42,140 nt of DNA from Rhodospirillales bacterium. GTDB lineage: Bacteria > Pseudomonadota > Alphaproteobacteria > Rhodospirillales > 2-02-FULL-58-16. How positions within the stretch are numbered: position 1 is the first letter of the stretch; the number at the start of each line of letters is the position of its first letter. The notes beneath the pieces are model-generated. The model saw only the letters and a program-made list of their open reading frames with translations, had not been told where the DNA came from and ran no database searches. Location of the stretch: NCBI GenBank assembly GCA_046756945.1, contig JBHHXI010000003.1, positions 1-42,140 on the forward strand, given 5' to 3'. The position numbers were made by a program, and so were the translations under genes. This document shows, in pieces, positions 26,488 to 36,044 of the stretch.

Positions 26488-28761
26488 CTAGCGCCGGCGT
26501 TTCCCCTTTTTGCCCGGCTTCTTCGGCGCCGCGGCGGGCCGGCGTTTGCGCCCCGCGGCCGTGGGCCGGGTGCGGGCCCGGCCGGGCCGCGGCGCCCCCG
26601 AGTCCATAAGGTGAAAGATCATGCCGCCGGTCAGCGGGTCGGCCTCGGTCAGGCGCACCTCCACCTCTTCGCCGAGGCGGTATTCGCGCCCCGTCCGGCG
26701 TCCGCGCAGGCAATGGCCCGCCGCATCGTGGATGTAGGTATCGGCGGGCAGGGTGCGCGCCGGCACCAGCCCGTCGGCGCCGGTTTCGCTGAGCGTGACG
26801 AACAGGCCGAAGCGGGTGACGCCGTTGATGCGCCCGGCGAACACGGCGCCCACCCGATCGGCCAGATAGGCGGCGGTGAAGCGGTCCACCGCGTCCCGTT
26901 CGGCGCCCTGGGCGCGGCGCTCGGTGTCGGACAGGTGCTCGCCCATCTGGGTGAAGTCTCCGTGGTCGTCTTCGAGGCCGCCTTCGCCCAGCCCGGCGCC
27001 CCGGATCAGGGCCCGGTGGACCAGGAGATCGGCATAGCGGCGGATCGGCGAGGTGAAGTGGCAATAGCGCCTGAGCGCGAGCCCGAAGTGGCCGATGTTG
27101 CCGGGGCGGTATTCGGCCTGGGCCTGGCTGCGCAGCACCACCTGGTTGACCATGTGGGCCTGGGGCAGGGCGGCGGCCTGGGCCAGGATGCGGTTGAACT
27201 GGCTGGCCTTGATCACCTGGCCCCGCGCCAGCTTCAGGCCGAGGCCGTCGAGGAACTGGCGCAGGGCTTCCAGCTTGTCCAGGGGCGGCGCGTCGTGGTT
27301 CCGGTGCATGCAGGGTTGGCGCGCTTTCGCCAGGGTCTCGGCGGCGGCCACGTTGGCGGCGATCATGAACTCCTCGATCAGCCGGTGGCTGTCGTGGCGG
27401 GGGCGGATCTCGATTCCCGTCACCGCGCCGTCCTCGTCCACGACGACCCGGCGTTCGGGGAGGTCCAGTTCCAGGACGCCACGCCTTTTCCGCGCCTTGG
27501 CCAGCGCCCCGTAGGCGCCGTAGAGGGGGCGGACGACGGTCTCCACCAGGGGCGCCGTGTCGTCGTCGGGCATGCCGTCCGAGGCCGCCTGGACCTGGCT
27601 GTAGGTGAGCCGCGCCGCCGAGCGCATGATGGCGCGCACAAAGGCGTGGCGCAGCGGGGCGCCGTCGGCGTCGATCCACAGGTGCGCCGCCAGGCACGGG
27701 CGGTCCTCGTCCGGATTCAGCGAGCACCACCCGTTCGACAGCGCTTCCGGCAACATCGGCACGACCTGGTCGGGCAAATAGACCGAGTTACCGCGCTCAT
27801 AGGCGCAGGCGTCCAGGGCGTCGCCGGGCCGCACGTACCAGGCGACGTCGGCGATGGCCACCACAAGGTGCCAGCCGCCGGGGTTGGCCGCGTCGCCGTC
27901 GGGCCCGGCCCACACGGCGTCGTCGAAGTCCCGGGCGTCGGCGCCGTCGATGGTGACCAGGGGCAGGTCCCTCAGGTCGTCGCGGCCTTCCGGCGGCGCC
28001 GCGCCGGCGGCCGCCGCCTGGGCAAGGGCTTCGTCGGTGAACTGGGTGGGGATGCCGCATTCGTGGATGGTGATCAGGCCGATGGACTTAGGCCCCCCGG
28101 TCTTCTCCAGGCGCGCGATCACCTGCGCCCGGCGGGGACCCAGGCGCCGCCCGGGCAGGACCTTGGCGCGGACCAGATCGCCGGGTTGGGCGCCCATGGA
28201 GTCGCCGGGGGCGACGACGAAGTCGCTCCTGGCGCGGCGGTCGGTAGCCCGCAGGCGTCCCACGCCGTCGCCGGCTTCGTAGACGCCCAGGACATGGGAC
28301 GGGCGGGCGTCGATGCGGCGCATGGTCCGGCCCTCGTAGGCGACGCCGCCGGAGACCGCGTCGCGCACCCGGGCAAGACGGGCCAGCACCCTGTCCCCGG
28401 GGCCCAGCGCCGGCCGTCCCCGTTTCTCCGGCGCCATGTATATGACCGGCGGCGGGGCGTCGCCCTCCCACGCCAGCGGACGGGCCAGAACTTCGCCGTC
28501 CGTATCCGTGCCGGTGACCTCGACCACGGCGACGGTGGGCAACACGGCCGCCTTGGCGCTGCGGCGCTTGCGGCGCGAGGGCAGCGAGCCGTCCTTTTCC
28601 ATGTCCCGCAACACCCCTTTGAGACGCGCCCGCTGGCCGGCGTCCAGGCGAAAGGCGCGGACGATTTCACGCTTGCCGACCGGGGCCGGGCTTTCCGTTA
28701 CGAACCGGAGGATGTCTTCCCGGCTGGGGAAGGGCGCGGACTTCTGTCGGCTCTTGGTCAA
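26488..28761 (-). CDS. rnr: Ribonuclease R
   Basis: N-terminal HTH, TIDGADARDFDDA, IEEFMIAAN, HFTSPIRRYADL, S1 domain, basic tail; TTG start. Confidence 0.96.
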   Translation of the reverse strand: MTKSRQKSAPFPSREDILRFVTESPAPVGKREIVRAFRLDAGQRARLKGVLRDMEKDGSLPSRRKRRSAKAAVLPTVAVVEVTGTDTDGEVLARPLAWEGDAPPPVIYMAPEKRGRPALGPGDRVLARLARVRDAVSGGVAYEGRTMRRIDARPSHVLGVYEAGDGVGRLRATDRRARSDFVVAPGDSMGAQPGDLVRAKVLPGRRLGPRRAQVIARLEKTGGPKSIGLITIHECGIPTQFTDEALAQAAAAGAAPPEGRDDLRDLPLVTIDGADARDFDDAVWAGPDGDAANPGGWHLVVAIADVAWYVRPGDALDACAYERGNSVYLPDQVVPMLPEALSNGWCSLNPDEDRPCLAAHLWIDADGAPLRHAFVRAIMRSAARLTYSQVQAASDGMPDDDTAPLVETVVRPLYGAYGALAKARKRRGVLELDLPERRVVVDEDGAVTGIEIRPRHDSHRLIEEFMIAANVAAAETLAKARQPCMHRNHDAPPLDKLEALRQFLDGLGLKLARGQVIKASQFNRILAQAAALPQAHMVNQVVLRSQAQAEYRPGNIGHFGLALRRYCHFTSPIRRYADLLVHRALIRGAGLGEGGLEDDHGDFTQMGEHLSDTERRAQGAERDAVDRFTAAYLADRVGAVFAGRINGVTRFGLFVTLSETGADGLVPARTLPADTYIHDAAGHCLRGRRTGREYRLGEEVEVRLTEADPLTGGMIFHLMDSGAPRPGRARTRPTAAGRKRRPAAAPKKPGKKGKRRR

Positions 28762-28768
28762 ACTAGCG

Positions 28769-31381
28769 TCAGTCGCTTGCCGGGGCGGTGATTTTCGAGG
28801 TCTTGCGGGCGGCCGTTTTCCGAGTATGGGATTTCGTGCCGGGGGGTTTCTTCGCGCTTGTTTTTTTGCGGCCGGTCTTTTTTCCCGCCCGAGCCGCCTT
28901 GGCGGCCAGGATTTCTATCGCCGCGTCGAGGCCGAGGGTGTCGGCGGACACGCCCTTGGGCAGGTTGGCGCGCACGGTGCCGTGCTGCACGTAGGGGCCG
29001 AAGCGTCCGCTGCGCTGGGTGATGGGTTTGCCGTCGGCCGGGTGCTTGCCCAGGGTTTTCGCCGGCGCCTTTTTCGGCGCCTCGGCGAGGACGGTCATGG
29101 CCCGGTTGAGGCCGATGGTCAACACGTCGTCATCGCCCTTCAACGACACGTAAACGCCGTCGTGCCGCAGGTACGGGCCGTAGCGGCCGATGCCGGCGGC
29201 GATGGGCTCCCCGGTTTCCGGGTGGAGTCCGACCTCGCGGGGCAGCGCCAGCAATGCCAGCGCCCGGTCCAGGTCGACCGTGGCCGGGTCCATGTCCTTG
29301 GGCAGCGATGCCCGCTTCGGCTTGGCCTTGCCCTCGGCCTCGCCGAGCTGCACGTAGAACCCGTAGGGGCCCTTGCGCAGCGAAACCTCGAGCCCGCTTT
29401 CGGGATCGCGTCCGAGCGCGCGGGGACCGGTGCCGGCCGCGGCCGATGACGGCTCGTCCCCGTTGGCCACGACCAGGGCGCGCGTGTGGCGGCAGTCGGG
29501 ATAGTTGGTGCAACCGATGAAAGCCCCGAACTTGCCCAGCTTGAGAGCGAGGCGGCCGCCGTCGCAGCTGGGGCAGGCGCGGGCATCCCCGCCGCCGGCG
29601 TCGGCGGGGAAGAAGTGGGGACCAAGCAGGTCGTCCAGCGCCGTCAGGACGTCCTTGATGCGCAGCTCGCGGGTATCCTCCACGGCCTTGCTGAAGGCGC
29701 CCCAGAATTCGCGCAGCACCGCCTTCCAGTCGACGCGCCCGCCGGAGATATCGTCCAGCTTGCCCTCCAGGTCGGCGGTGAAGGTGTACTCCACGTACCG
29801 GCGGAAGAAACTGGTCAGGAACGCGGTGACCAGGCGGCCCCGGTCCTCGGGCACGAAGCGCCGTTTTTCCAGGTGCACGTAGTTGCGGTCCTGGAGCACC
29901 GAGATGATCGAGGCGTAGGTGGACGGGCGGCCGATGCCCAGTTCCTCCAGGCGTTTGACCAGGCTGGCCTCGCCGTACCTGGGCGGCGGCTGGGTGAAGT
30001 GCTGCTCCGGCGCGACGCGGGTGCGATCCACCGCCTCGCCTTTCTTCAGGTCGGGCAGGATGGATTCGCTGTCCTCGTCCTCGCCATTGTCGCGGCCTTC
30101 CCGGTAGACCCTGAGGAAGCCGTCGAACGCCACCACCGAGCCGGTGGCGCGAAAGATCACGGCGCCGTCGTTCGACGCCACGTCCACGGCCACCTGGTCG
30201 AGGGCGGCGGACGCCATCTGGCTGGCCACGGTGCGCTTCCAGATAAGGGCGTACAGCCGCTGTTGGTCGTTGTCCAGGTAGCGCGCCACGTCTTCGGGGC
30301 GCCGCCCGACGTCGGTGGGGCGGATGGCCTCGTGGGCCTCCTGGGCGTTCTTGGCCTTGGCCTTGTAGGCCCTCGGCGTCTTCGGCAGGTAGGCTTCGCC
30401 GTAACCGGCGCCGATGAGGCGGCGGCACGCGGCAACGGCGTCGCCGGCCATCTGGACGCCGTCCGTGCGCATGTAGGTGATCAGGCCGACGGTTTCGCCG
30501 CCGATGGCGACGCCCTCGTACAGCTTCTGCGCCATCTGCATGGTGCGCTTGGTGGCGAAGTGGAGTTTGCGCGCCGCCTCCTGCTGCAGGGTCGAGGTGG
30601 TGAACGGCGCCGGCGGGTGGCGGTGGGTCTTCTTGCGCTCCACCCGCTCGACGGCGAAGTCGCGGCTTTCGATGGCGGCGACGGCGGCCCGCGCCGCCGC
30701 CTCGTCCGACAGCGCCAGCTTGTCCAGCTTGTCGCCGTCCAGGTGGGTGAGCTGGGCGGTGAACGACGTCCCCGATCCGGTGCGGAAGTCCGCCTCCACG
30801 GTCCAGTATTCCCGCGCCCTGAAGGCCTCGATCTCGGTCTCGCGTTCGCAGATCAGGCGCAGCGCCACCGATTGCACGCGCCCGGCCGAGCGGCTGCCGG
30901 GCAGTTTGCGCCACAACACCGGCGACAGGGTGAAGCCGACAAGGTAGTCCAGCGCCCGGCGCGCCAGATAGGCGTCGACGAGCTCCCGGTCCAGCTCCCG
31001 GGGGTGGTTGAACGCCTCGAGGACGGCGTTCCTGGTGATCTCGTTGAAGACCACGCGCTTGACGTCGACGCCGTCGAGCGCATTGAGTTGATCGAGCACT
31101 TCGCGCATGTGCCACGAGATGGCCTCGCCCTCGCGGTCCGGGTCGGTGGCCAGATAGAGGTGCTCGGCGCCCTTCAGGGCGCGGGCGATCTCCTTGATGT
31201 GCTTGCGCGCCTTGGGGTCCACCTCCCAGTCCATGGCGAAGTCCGCGTCGGGGCGCACCGAGCCGTCCTTGGACGGCAGGTCACGGATGTGGCCGTAGCT
31301 GGCGAGCACGGTGTAGGACGCGCCCAGATACTTGTTGATGGTTTTTGCCTTGGCCGGCGACTCGACGACGACAACGTTCAT
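28769..31381 (-). CDS. topA: DNA topoisomerase I
   Basis: VVESPAKAKTI, ATDPDREGEAI, SAGRVQS, ITYMRTD, AHEAIRPT, Zn ribbon, C-terminal repeats, Lys-rich tail. Confidence 0.98.
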   Translation of the reverse strand: MNVVVVESPAKAKTINKYLGASYTVLASYGHIRDLPSKDGSVRPDADFAMDWEVDPKARKHIKEIARALKGAEHLYLATDPDREGEAISWHMREVLDQLNALDGVDVKRVVFNEITRNAVLEAFNHPRELDRELVDAYLARRALDYLVGFTLSPVLWRKLPGSRSAGRVQSVALRLICERETEIEAFRAREYWTVEADFRTGSGTSFTAQLTHLDGDKLDKLALSDEAAARAAVAAIESRDFAVERVERKKTHRHPPAPFTTSTLQQEAARKLHFATKRTMQMAQKLYEGVAIGGETVGLITYMRTDGVQMAGDAVAACRRLIGAGYGEAYLPKTPRAYKAKAKNAQEAHEAIRPTDVGRRPEDVARYLDNDQQRLYALIWKRTVASQMASAALDQVAVDVASNDGAVIFRATGSVVAFDGFLRVYREGRDNGEDEDSESILPDLKKGEAVDRTRVAPEQHFTQPPPRYGEASLVKRLEELGIGRPSTYASIISVLQDRNYVHLEKRRFVPEDRGRLVTAFLTSFFRRYVEYTFTADLEGKLDDISGGRVDWKAVLREFWGAFSKAVEDTRELRIKDVLTALDDLLGPHFFPADAGGGDARACPSCDGGRLALKLGKFGAFIGCTNYPDCRHTRALVVANGDEPSSAAAGTGPRALGRDPESGLEVSLRKGPYGFYVQLGEAEGKAKPKRASLPKDMDPATVDLDRALALLALPREVGLHPETGEPIAAGIGRYGPYLRHDGVYVSLKGDDDVLTIGLNRAMTVLAEAPKKAPAKTLGKHPADGKPITQRSGRFGPYVQHGTVRANLPKGVSADTLGLDAAIEILAAKAARAGKKTGRKKTSAKKPPGTKSHTRKTAARKTSKITAPASD

Positions 31382-31390
31382 GGAATTCCG

Positions 31391-32524
31391 TTACAGTTCC
31401 TGAACCAACGATACCTGGTTGCCCGGATGGCGTTCCAGGCGGCCCGCCAGTTCCAGTTCCAAGAGGATCATGGATACAACGGCAAAGGAGAATTGGCAGT
31501 TGCGGATGACTTCGTCAACCATCACCGGTCCCGGACCCAACAATTCCTCGATGTCCGCGCGGGCGGCATGAAGCTCGCTTTCCCCCGGCGGCTCCGGTGA
31601 CGGGGCTGAAAAATCAATGGGTTCGGTCTCGGCGAGGAGAGGCGGGGCCATCTCGTTCAGCACCGCGAACACGTCGTCGGCCGATTCGGTCAGGGTCGCC
31701 CCCTGGCGGATCAGGTCGTTGGTTCCGCGCGCCCGGGGGTCGAGGGGCGATCCGGGCACGGCGAACACCTCACGCCCCTGCTCCAGCGCCAGGCGGGCGG
31801 TGATCAGCGAGCCCGAGCGCGGACTGGCCTCGACCACGACGACGCCCCTGGACAGCCCCGAAATCAGGCGGTTGCGGCGCGGAAAGTGCCGCGCCTGGGG
31901 CCGCGTGCCGGGCGGCATCTCGCTCATCAGCACGCCGCGCTCGTGGATGTCCGCGTACAGCGTGGCCGCTTCTTCCGGATAGATCACGTCGATGCCCCCG
32001 GCGACCACGGCCGCGGTGCCGCTCTCCAGCGCCCCTTCGTGGGCGCTCGAGTCGATGCCCCGGGCCAGGCCGGACACCACCAGCAGGCCGCCCGATCCCA
32101 GGTCGCCGGCCAGCCGGCGGGCGAACCGCCGGCCGTTCAGCGACGCGTTGCGGGCGCCGACCACGGCGATGGCGGTCCTCTCCAGCAGATGGGGGTGGCC
32201 GATGACGCCGAGCAGCGGCGGCGCATCGTCGATGTGGGCGAGCAGGGCCGGGTAGCCGGCCTCTCCGCGGGCGATCAGCCGCGCGCCCAGGCTGTCCAGC
32301 GCCTCCATCTCGCGCTCGGCGGCGGCCTTGGGACAGACCGTGATCTTCCTGGCGCGGCCGCCGCGCCGGGCCAGGTCCGGCAACGCGTCGAGCGCCGCAG
32401 CGGCCGAGCCGAAACGCTCGACCAGCCTGTAGAAGGTCATGGTGCCGACGTTTTCCGAGCGGATCAGCCTGAGCCAGGCCAGCTTCTCGGGCCCCGCCAG
32501 CGGGCGGTGCGGGCTTTTACTCAT
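31391..32524 (-). CDS. dprA: DNA-protecting protein DprA
   Basis: IAVVGARNAS, VSGLARGID, HFPRRNRLISGLS, SGSLITA, VFAVPGSP, LELELAG. Confidence 0.96.
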   Translation of the reverse strand: MSKSPHRPLAGPEKLAWLRLIRSENVGTMTFYRLVERFGSAAAALDALPDLARRGGRARKITVCPKAAAEREMEALDSLGARLIARGEAGYPALLAHIDDAPPLLGVIGHPHLLERTAIAVVGARNASLNGRRFARRLAGDLGSGGLLVVSGLARGIDSSAHEGALESGTAAVVAGGIDVIYPEEAATLYADIHERGVLMSEMPPGTRPQARHFPRRNRLISGLSRGVVVVEASPRSGSLITARLALEQGREVFAVPGSPLDPRARGTNDLIRQGATLTESADDVFAVLNEMAPPLLAETEPIDFSAPSPEPPGESELHAARADIEELLGPGPVMVDEVIRNCQFSFAVVSMILLELELAGRLERHPGNQVSLVQEL

Positions 32525-32634
32525 GCCGCGGGACTGTGGGGCAAGCCCGGAGAGCGCGTCAAGGAGGCCGGTGTGGGTCGATAAAAGGAATGCATCGCGA
32601 AAAAACCGAATTTACGGTGCCATAAGAAAAAAAT

Positions 32635-32649
32635 GTTCATGATATGTTC
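32635..32649. promoter_or_regulatory. Alphaproteobacterial LexA (SOS) box
   Basis: GTTC-ATGATAT-GTTC (GAAC-N7-GAAC on minus), about 110 nt upstream of dprA, overlapping a putative -10 TAGAAC that lies 17 nt from TTGCGC. Confidence 0.8.
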
Positions 32650-32775
32650 TAACACGGGCTTCAATGGCGCGCAAGAGACCCGCCCGGGGAGGGGCACCGT
32701 CCGCGAGCCGCGAGGTCGCCCCGTCCGTGGGCGGATCTCGAAAAGCCACCGTTGGAATGTGATCGTCGGCGACCG

Positions 32776-33408
32776 TCAGCTTGAGCCTGGCCCGCCGGCG
32801 TTCTCCGTCGCCCCGATCTTCGATTCCTCTTTCTTCAGCAGGCGGCGGATGTTGGCGTGGTGACGTGCGATGGCGAGCACGGCGAGGGCGGCGGCGAGGC
32901 CGATGCCGGGCCCGTCGGCCAGCCATTCCATGGTGAACGGCGTGGCCATGATCGCCACCAGGGCGGCCAGCGAGGAGTAGCGGAACAGGGCGGCGACGGC
33001 GAGCCAGGTCAGGCACGCCAGCAGCCCCACCGGCCAGGCGACGGCGAGGAGCACGCCGAACGTGGTCGCCACCCCCTTGCCGCCCCTGAAATGCAGCCAG
33101 ACAGGGAAGTCGTGGCCGATCACGGCGGCAAACCCGGCGACCAGGCCCAGGCCCGCGTCCCAGGGCGCCAGGGCGAGGACCGCCACCGCCCCCTTGCCGC
33201 CGTCCAGCAGCACGGTGGCCGCCGCCAGGGCCTTGCTGCCGGTGCGCAGCACGTTGGTGGCGCCGATGTTGCCCGAGCCCAGCCGGCGGATATCGCCCAG
33301 CCCGGCGGCGCGGGTCAGCACCAGGCCGAACGGGATGGTGCCGAGCAGGTACCCGGCGGCGGCGGCAAGAAGATACCACCAGGTGAGCGCCGCGCCGCCC
33401 TCGGGCAT
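32776..33408 (-). CDS. plsY: Glycerol-3-phosphate acyltransferase
   Basis: YLLGTIPFG, GSGNIGATNVLR, GH.FPVWL.FRGGKGVAT, RHHANIRRL. Confidence 0.96.
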   Translation of the reverse strand: MPEGGAALTWWYLLAAAAGYLLGTIPFGLVLTRAAGLGDIRRLGSGNIGATNVLRTGSKALAAATVLLDGGKGAVAVLALAPWDAGLGLVAGFAAVIGHDFPVWLHFRGGKGVATTFGVLLAVAWPVGLLACLTWLAVAALFRYSSLAALVAIMATPFTMEWLADGPGIGLAAALAVLAIARHHANIRRLLKKEESKIGATENAGGPGSS

Positions 33409-33411
33409 GGC

Positions 33412-34728
33412 TCAGCCTTCCCGCCCGTAAACGGCCCGGCCGTCGACCACGGTGCGCAGCACCCGCCCCTGCACCGGGCGGCCGTCGAAGGGCGAGTTCT
33501 TGGACTTGCTCAGCAGGTCGTCGGCGACCACCTTCCAGGCGCGGTCGGGGTCGAACAGGGTAAGGTCCGCCGGCAGGCCCTTTTCCAGCCGCCCGGCGCT
33601 GAGCCCCAGCAGGTCCGCCGGCGCGCACGTAAGCAGGCGCAGCACGTCGGTAAGCGACATCTGCCCGTTCTGATAGAACTCGAGCGACACCGGCAGCAGG
33701 GTCTCGAGGCCGATGCCGCCGCAGGCGGCCTGGGCGAAGGGCAGACGCTTGGCGTCCTCGTCGTGGGGGGCGTGATCGGAGGCGATGGCATCGATGGTGC
33801 CGTTCTTCAACCCGTCGACCACCGCCTGGCGGTCGGCCTCGGCGCGCAGCGGCGGCGACAGCTTGGCGAAGGTCCGGTAATCGCCGACCGCGGTCTCGTT
33901 GAGGGCGAAATAGGGCGGCGCCGTGTCGCAGGTTACGTTCAACCCGCGGGCCTTGGCCCGGGCCACGGCTTCGATGGCCTCGGCGGTGGAGACGTGGGCG
34001 AAATGGATCCGCCCGCCGGTCAGTTCGGCCAGGCGGATGTCCCTCTCCACGATGATGATCTCGGCGGCGCGCGGGATGCCCTGCAGGCCCAGCCGGGTCG
34101 CCGTTTCGCCGGCGTTCATGGCGCCGTCCTCGGCGAGGCTCGATTCCTCCGGGTGCTGGACGATCAACAGCCGGTAGGTGCCGGCGTAGCCGAGCGCCCG
34201 GCGCATGACCTGGGCGTCGCCCACCGCCTTGACGCCGTCGGTGAAGGCGACCGCCCCGGCCTCGGCCAGCATGCCCATTTCGGCCAGGGCCCGGCCCTCC
34301 AGGCCCTTGGTCACGGCGCCGTAGCAGTATACCTTGGCCAGCCCCACCAGGCGCGCCCGGCGGGCGATGAACTCCACCACCGACATGTCGTCGATCACCG
34401 GATCGGTGTTGGGCAGGCACACCATCGTCGTGATGCCGCCGGCCGTCGCCGCCCGTCCCCCCGACGCCAGCGTGCCCTTGTGTTCGTCCCCCGGCTCGCG
34501 CAACTGCACGCGGATGTCGACAAGCCCCGGGGCCAGGCAGTGGCCGCCGCAGTCGACCACCTTGATGCCCTCGGGCACCCCGTCGTCGAACAGCCCGGCG
34601 CCGACGTCGGCGATGACCTCGCCCTCGGTCAGCAAGGCCCCGGGCGCGTCCAGGCCCGAGGCCGGGTCCACCAGGCGGGCGTTGACGTAGGCCACCCGGC
34701 CCAGGGATTCGCTGGGCTTGCCCGCCAT
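33412..34728 (-). CDS. pyrC: Dihydroorotase-like protein, probably inactive PyrC'
   Basis: PGLVD..LREPG, GGITT, PNTDP, PPLR, ASDHAPH; HxH Zn motif reads R-V-Q; coupled to pyrB. Confidence 0.9.
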   Translation of the reverse strand: MAGKPSESLGRVAYVNARLVDPASGLDAPGALLTEGEVIADVGAGLFDDGVPEGIKVVDCGGHCLAPGLVDIRVQLREPGDEHKGTLASGGRAATAGGITTMVCLPNTDPVIDDMSVVEFIARRARLVGLAKVYCYGAVTKGLEGRALAEMGMLAEAGAVAFTDGVKAVGDAQVMRRALGYAGTYRLLIVQHPEESSLAEDGAMNAGETATRLGLQGIPRAAEIIIVERDIRLAELTGGRIHFAHVSTAEAIEAVARAKARGLNVTCDTAPPYFALNETAVGDYRTFAKLSPPLRAEADRQAVVDGLKNGTIDAIASDHAPHDEDAKRLPFAQAACGGIGLETLLPVSLEFYQNGQMSLTDVLRLLTCAPADLLGLSAGRLEKGLPADLTLFDPDRAWKVVADDLLSKSKNSPFDGRPVQGRVLRTVVDGRAVYGREG

Positions 34729-35699
34729 CAGAGGTTCCTCTGCTCGGTGTCGGGCAGGTCGGGGGTGAGGAGCTCGAGGCAGGCCATGCGCACGGCCACG
34801 CCCATCTCCACCTGCTCGCGGATGGCGCTGCGGCCGAAGTCGTCGGCCACTTCCGAATCGATCTCCACGCCCCGGTTCATCGGGCCGGGGTGCATGACGA
34901 GGGCGTCCGGCTTGGCGCTGGCGAGCTTTTCATAGTCGAGGCCGAAGAAGTGGAAATATTCGCGGATGGACGGGAAAAAGTTGCTGTGCATGCGCTCGCT
35001 TTGCAGGCGCAGCATCATGACGATGTCGCAGTCCTCCAGGCCCTCGTTCATGTCGTGGAAGACCTCCACGCCGAGCCGTTCCACGCCCTCCGGGACCAGG
35101 GTCCTGGGCGCGATCAGGCGCACCCGCGCCCCCATGGTGCTGAGCAGGTGGATGTTGGACCGGGCGACGCGCGAATGCAGGATGTCCCCGCAGATGGCCA
35201 CCTTGAGGCCCTGCAGCCGGCCCGTGCGCCGGCGGATGGTCGCCGCGTCGAGCAGCGCCTGCGTCGGGTGTTCGTGGCTTCCGTCTCCGGCGTTGATGAC
35301 CGCGCAGTTGACCTTCTCCGACAACAGCTTGGCGGCGCCGGCATCGGGATGGCGCACGACCAGGACATCGGGATGCATGGCGTTCAGCGTCATCGCCGTG
35401 TCGATCAGGGTCTCGCCCTTCTTGATCGAGCTGGTCGACACCGACATGTTGATGACGTCGCCGCCGAGGCGCTTGCCGGCCAGCTCGAACGAGGTGCGCG
35501 TGCGGGTCGAAGCCTCGAAAAACAGATTGATGATGGTGCGCCCGCGCAGCACCGACTTCTTCTTGTCGATCTGGCGGTTCTGCTCGACGTAGGACTCGGA
35601 GCGGTCGAGCAGAAGCGTTATGTCGTCCGGCGACAGGCCTTCGATGCCAAGCAGGTGGCGGTGCGCAAACTGAACGGTGTCCGAGGCGCCATCGATCAT
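34728..35699 (-). CDS. pyrB: Aspartate carbamoyltransferase catalytic subunit
   Basis: [42 protein letters not shown]. Confidence 0.98.
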   Translation of the reverse strand: MIDGASDTVQFAHRHLLGIEGLSPDDITLLLDRSESYVEQNRQIDKKKSVLRGRTIINLFFEASTRTRTSFELAGKRLGGDVINMSVSTSSIKKGETLIDTAMTLNAMHPDVLVVRHPDAGAAKLLSEKVNCAVINAGDGSHEHPTQALLDAATIRRRTGRLQGLKVAICGDILHSRVARSNIHLLSTMGARVRLIAPRTLVPEGVERLGVEVFHDMNEGLEDCDIVMMLRLQSERMHSNFFPSIREYFHFFGLDYEKLASAKPDALVMHPGPMNRGVEIDSEVADDFGRSAIREQVEMGVAVRMACLELLTPDLPDTEQRNL

Positions 35700-36044
35700 G
35701 AAACGGCACTATAAGACCGGCGCGCCGAACAGCGCAAGGCGGGACCCCCGCCGGCGCGACGGCGGGTGGGTGGCCCACCGGTGAACCACGGCACCCCTCG
35801 CCGCCCCGTCGGGAAATGTCGCGGAACGGTCCCCATATGCACCTTAACCCTATGCCGGAACCCTGTGCCGGCCGGTGACGACGCCGGGGAAACGGCGTCG
35901 AACCAGACCATTCAACGGGCTGCTGAAGAACTGTCATATGGCGCACATGAAGGTTTTCCGGCATTCCGCGGGAGGCATTGCGGCCCGACACAAGCCGTTG
36001 ACCGAGGCCTTCGGGCGGGCCTCCCGCCCGCAGGCCGCACGGCC

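Noticed and set aside
24821-27730. 969-aa version of the S41 protease
   Set aside because: The N-terminal extension overlaps rnr out of frame and is Arg/Pro/Gly-rich noise; RBS and lipobox support a start near 26446
35700-36044. Hairpins upstream of the diguanylate cyclase as a possible c-di-GMP riboswitch
   Set aside because: No GEMM consensus features seen; hairpins are expected at this GC content
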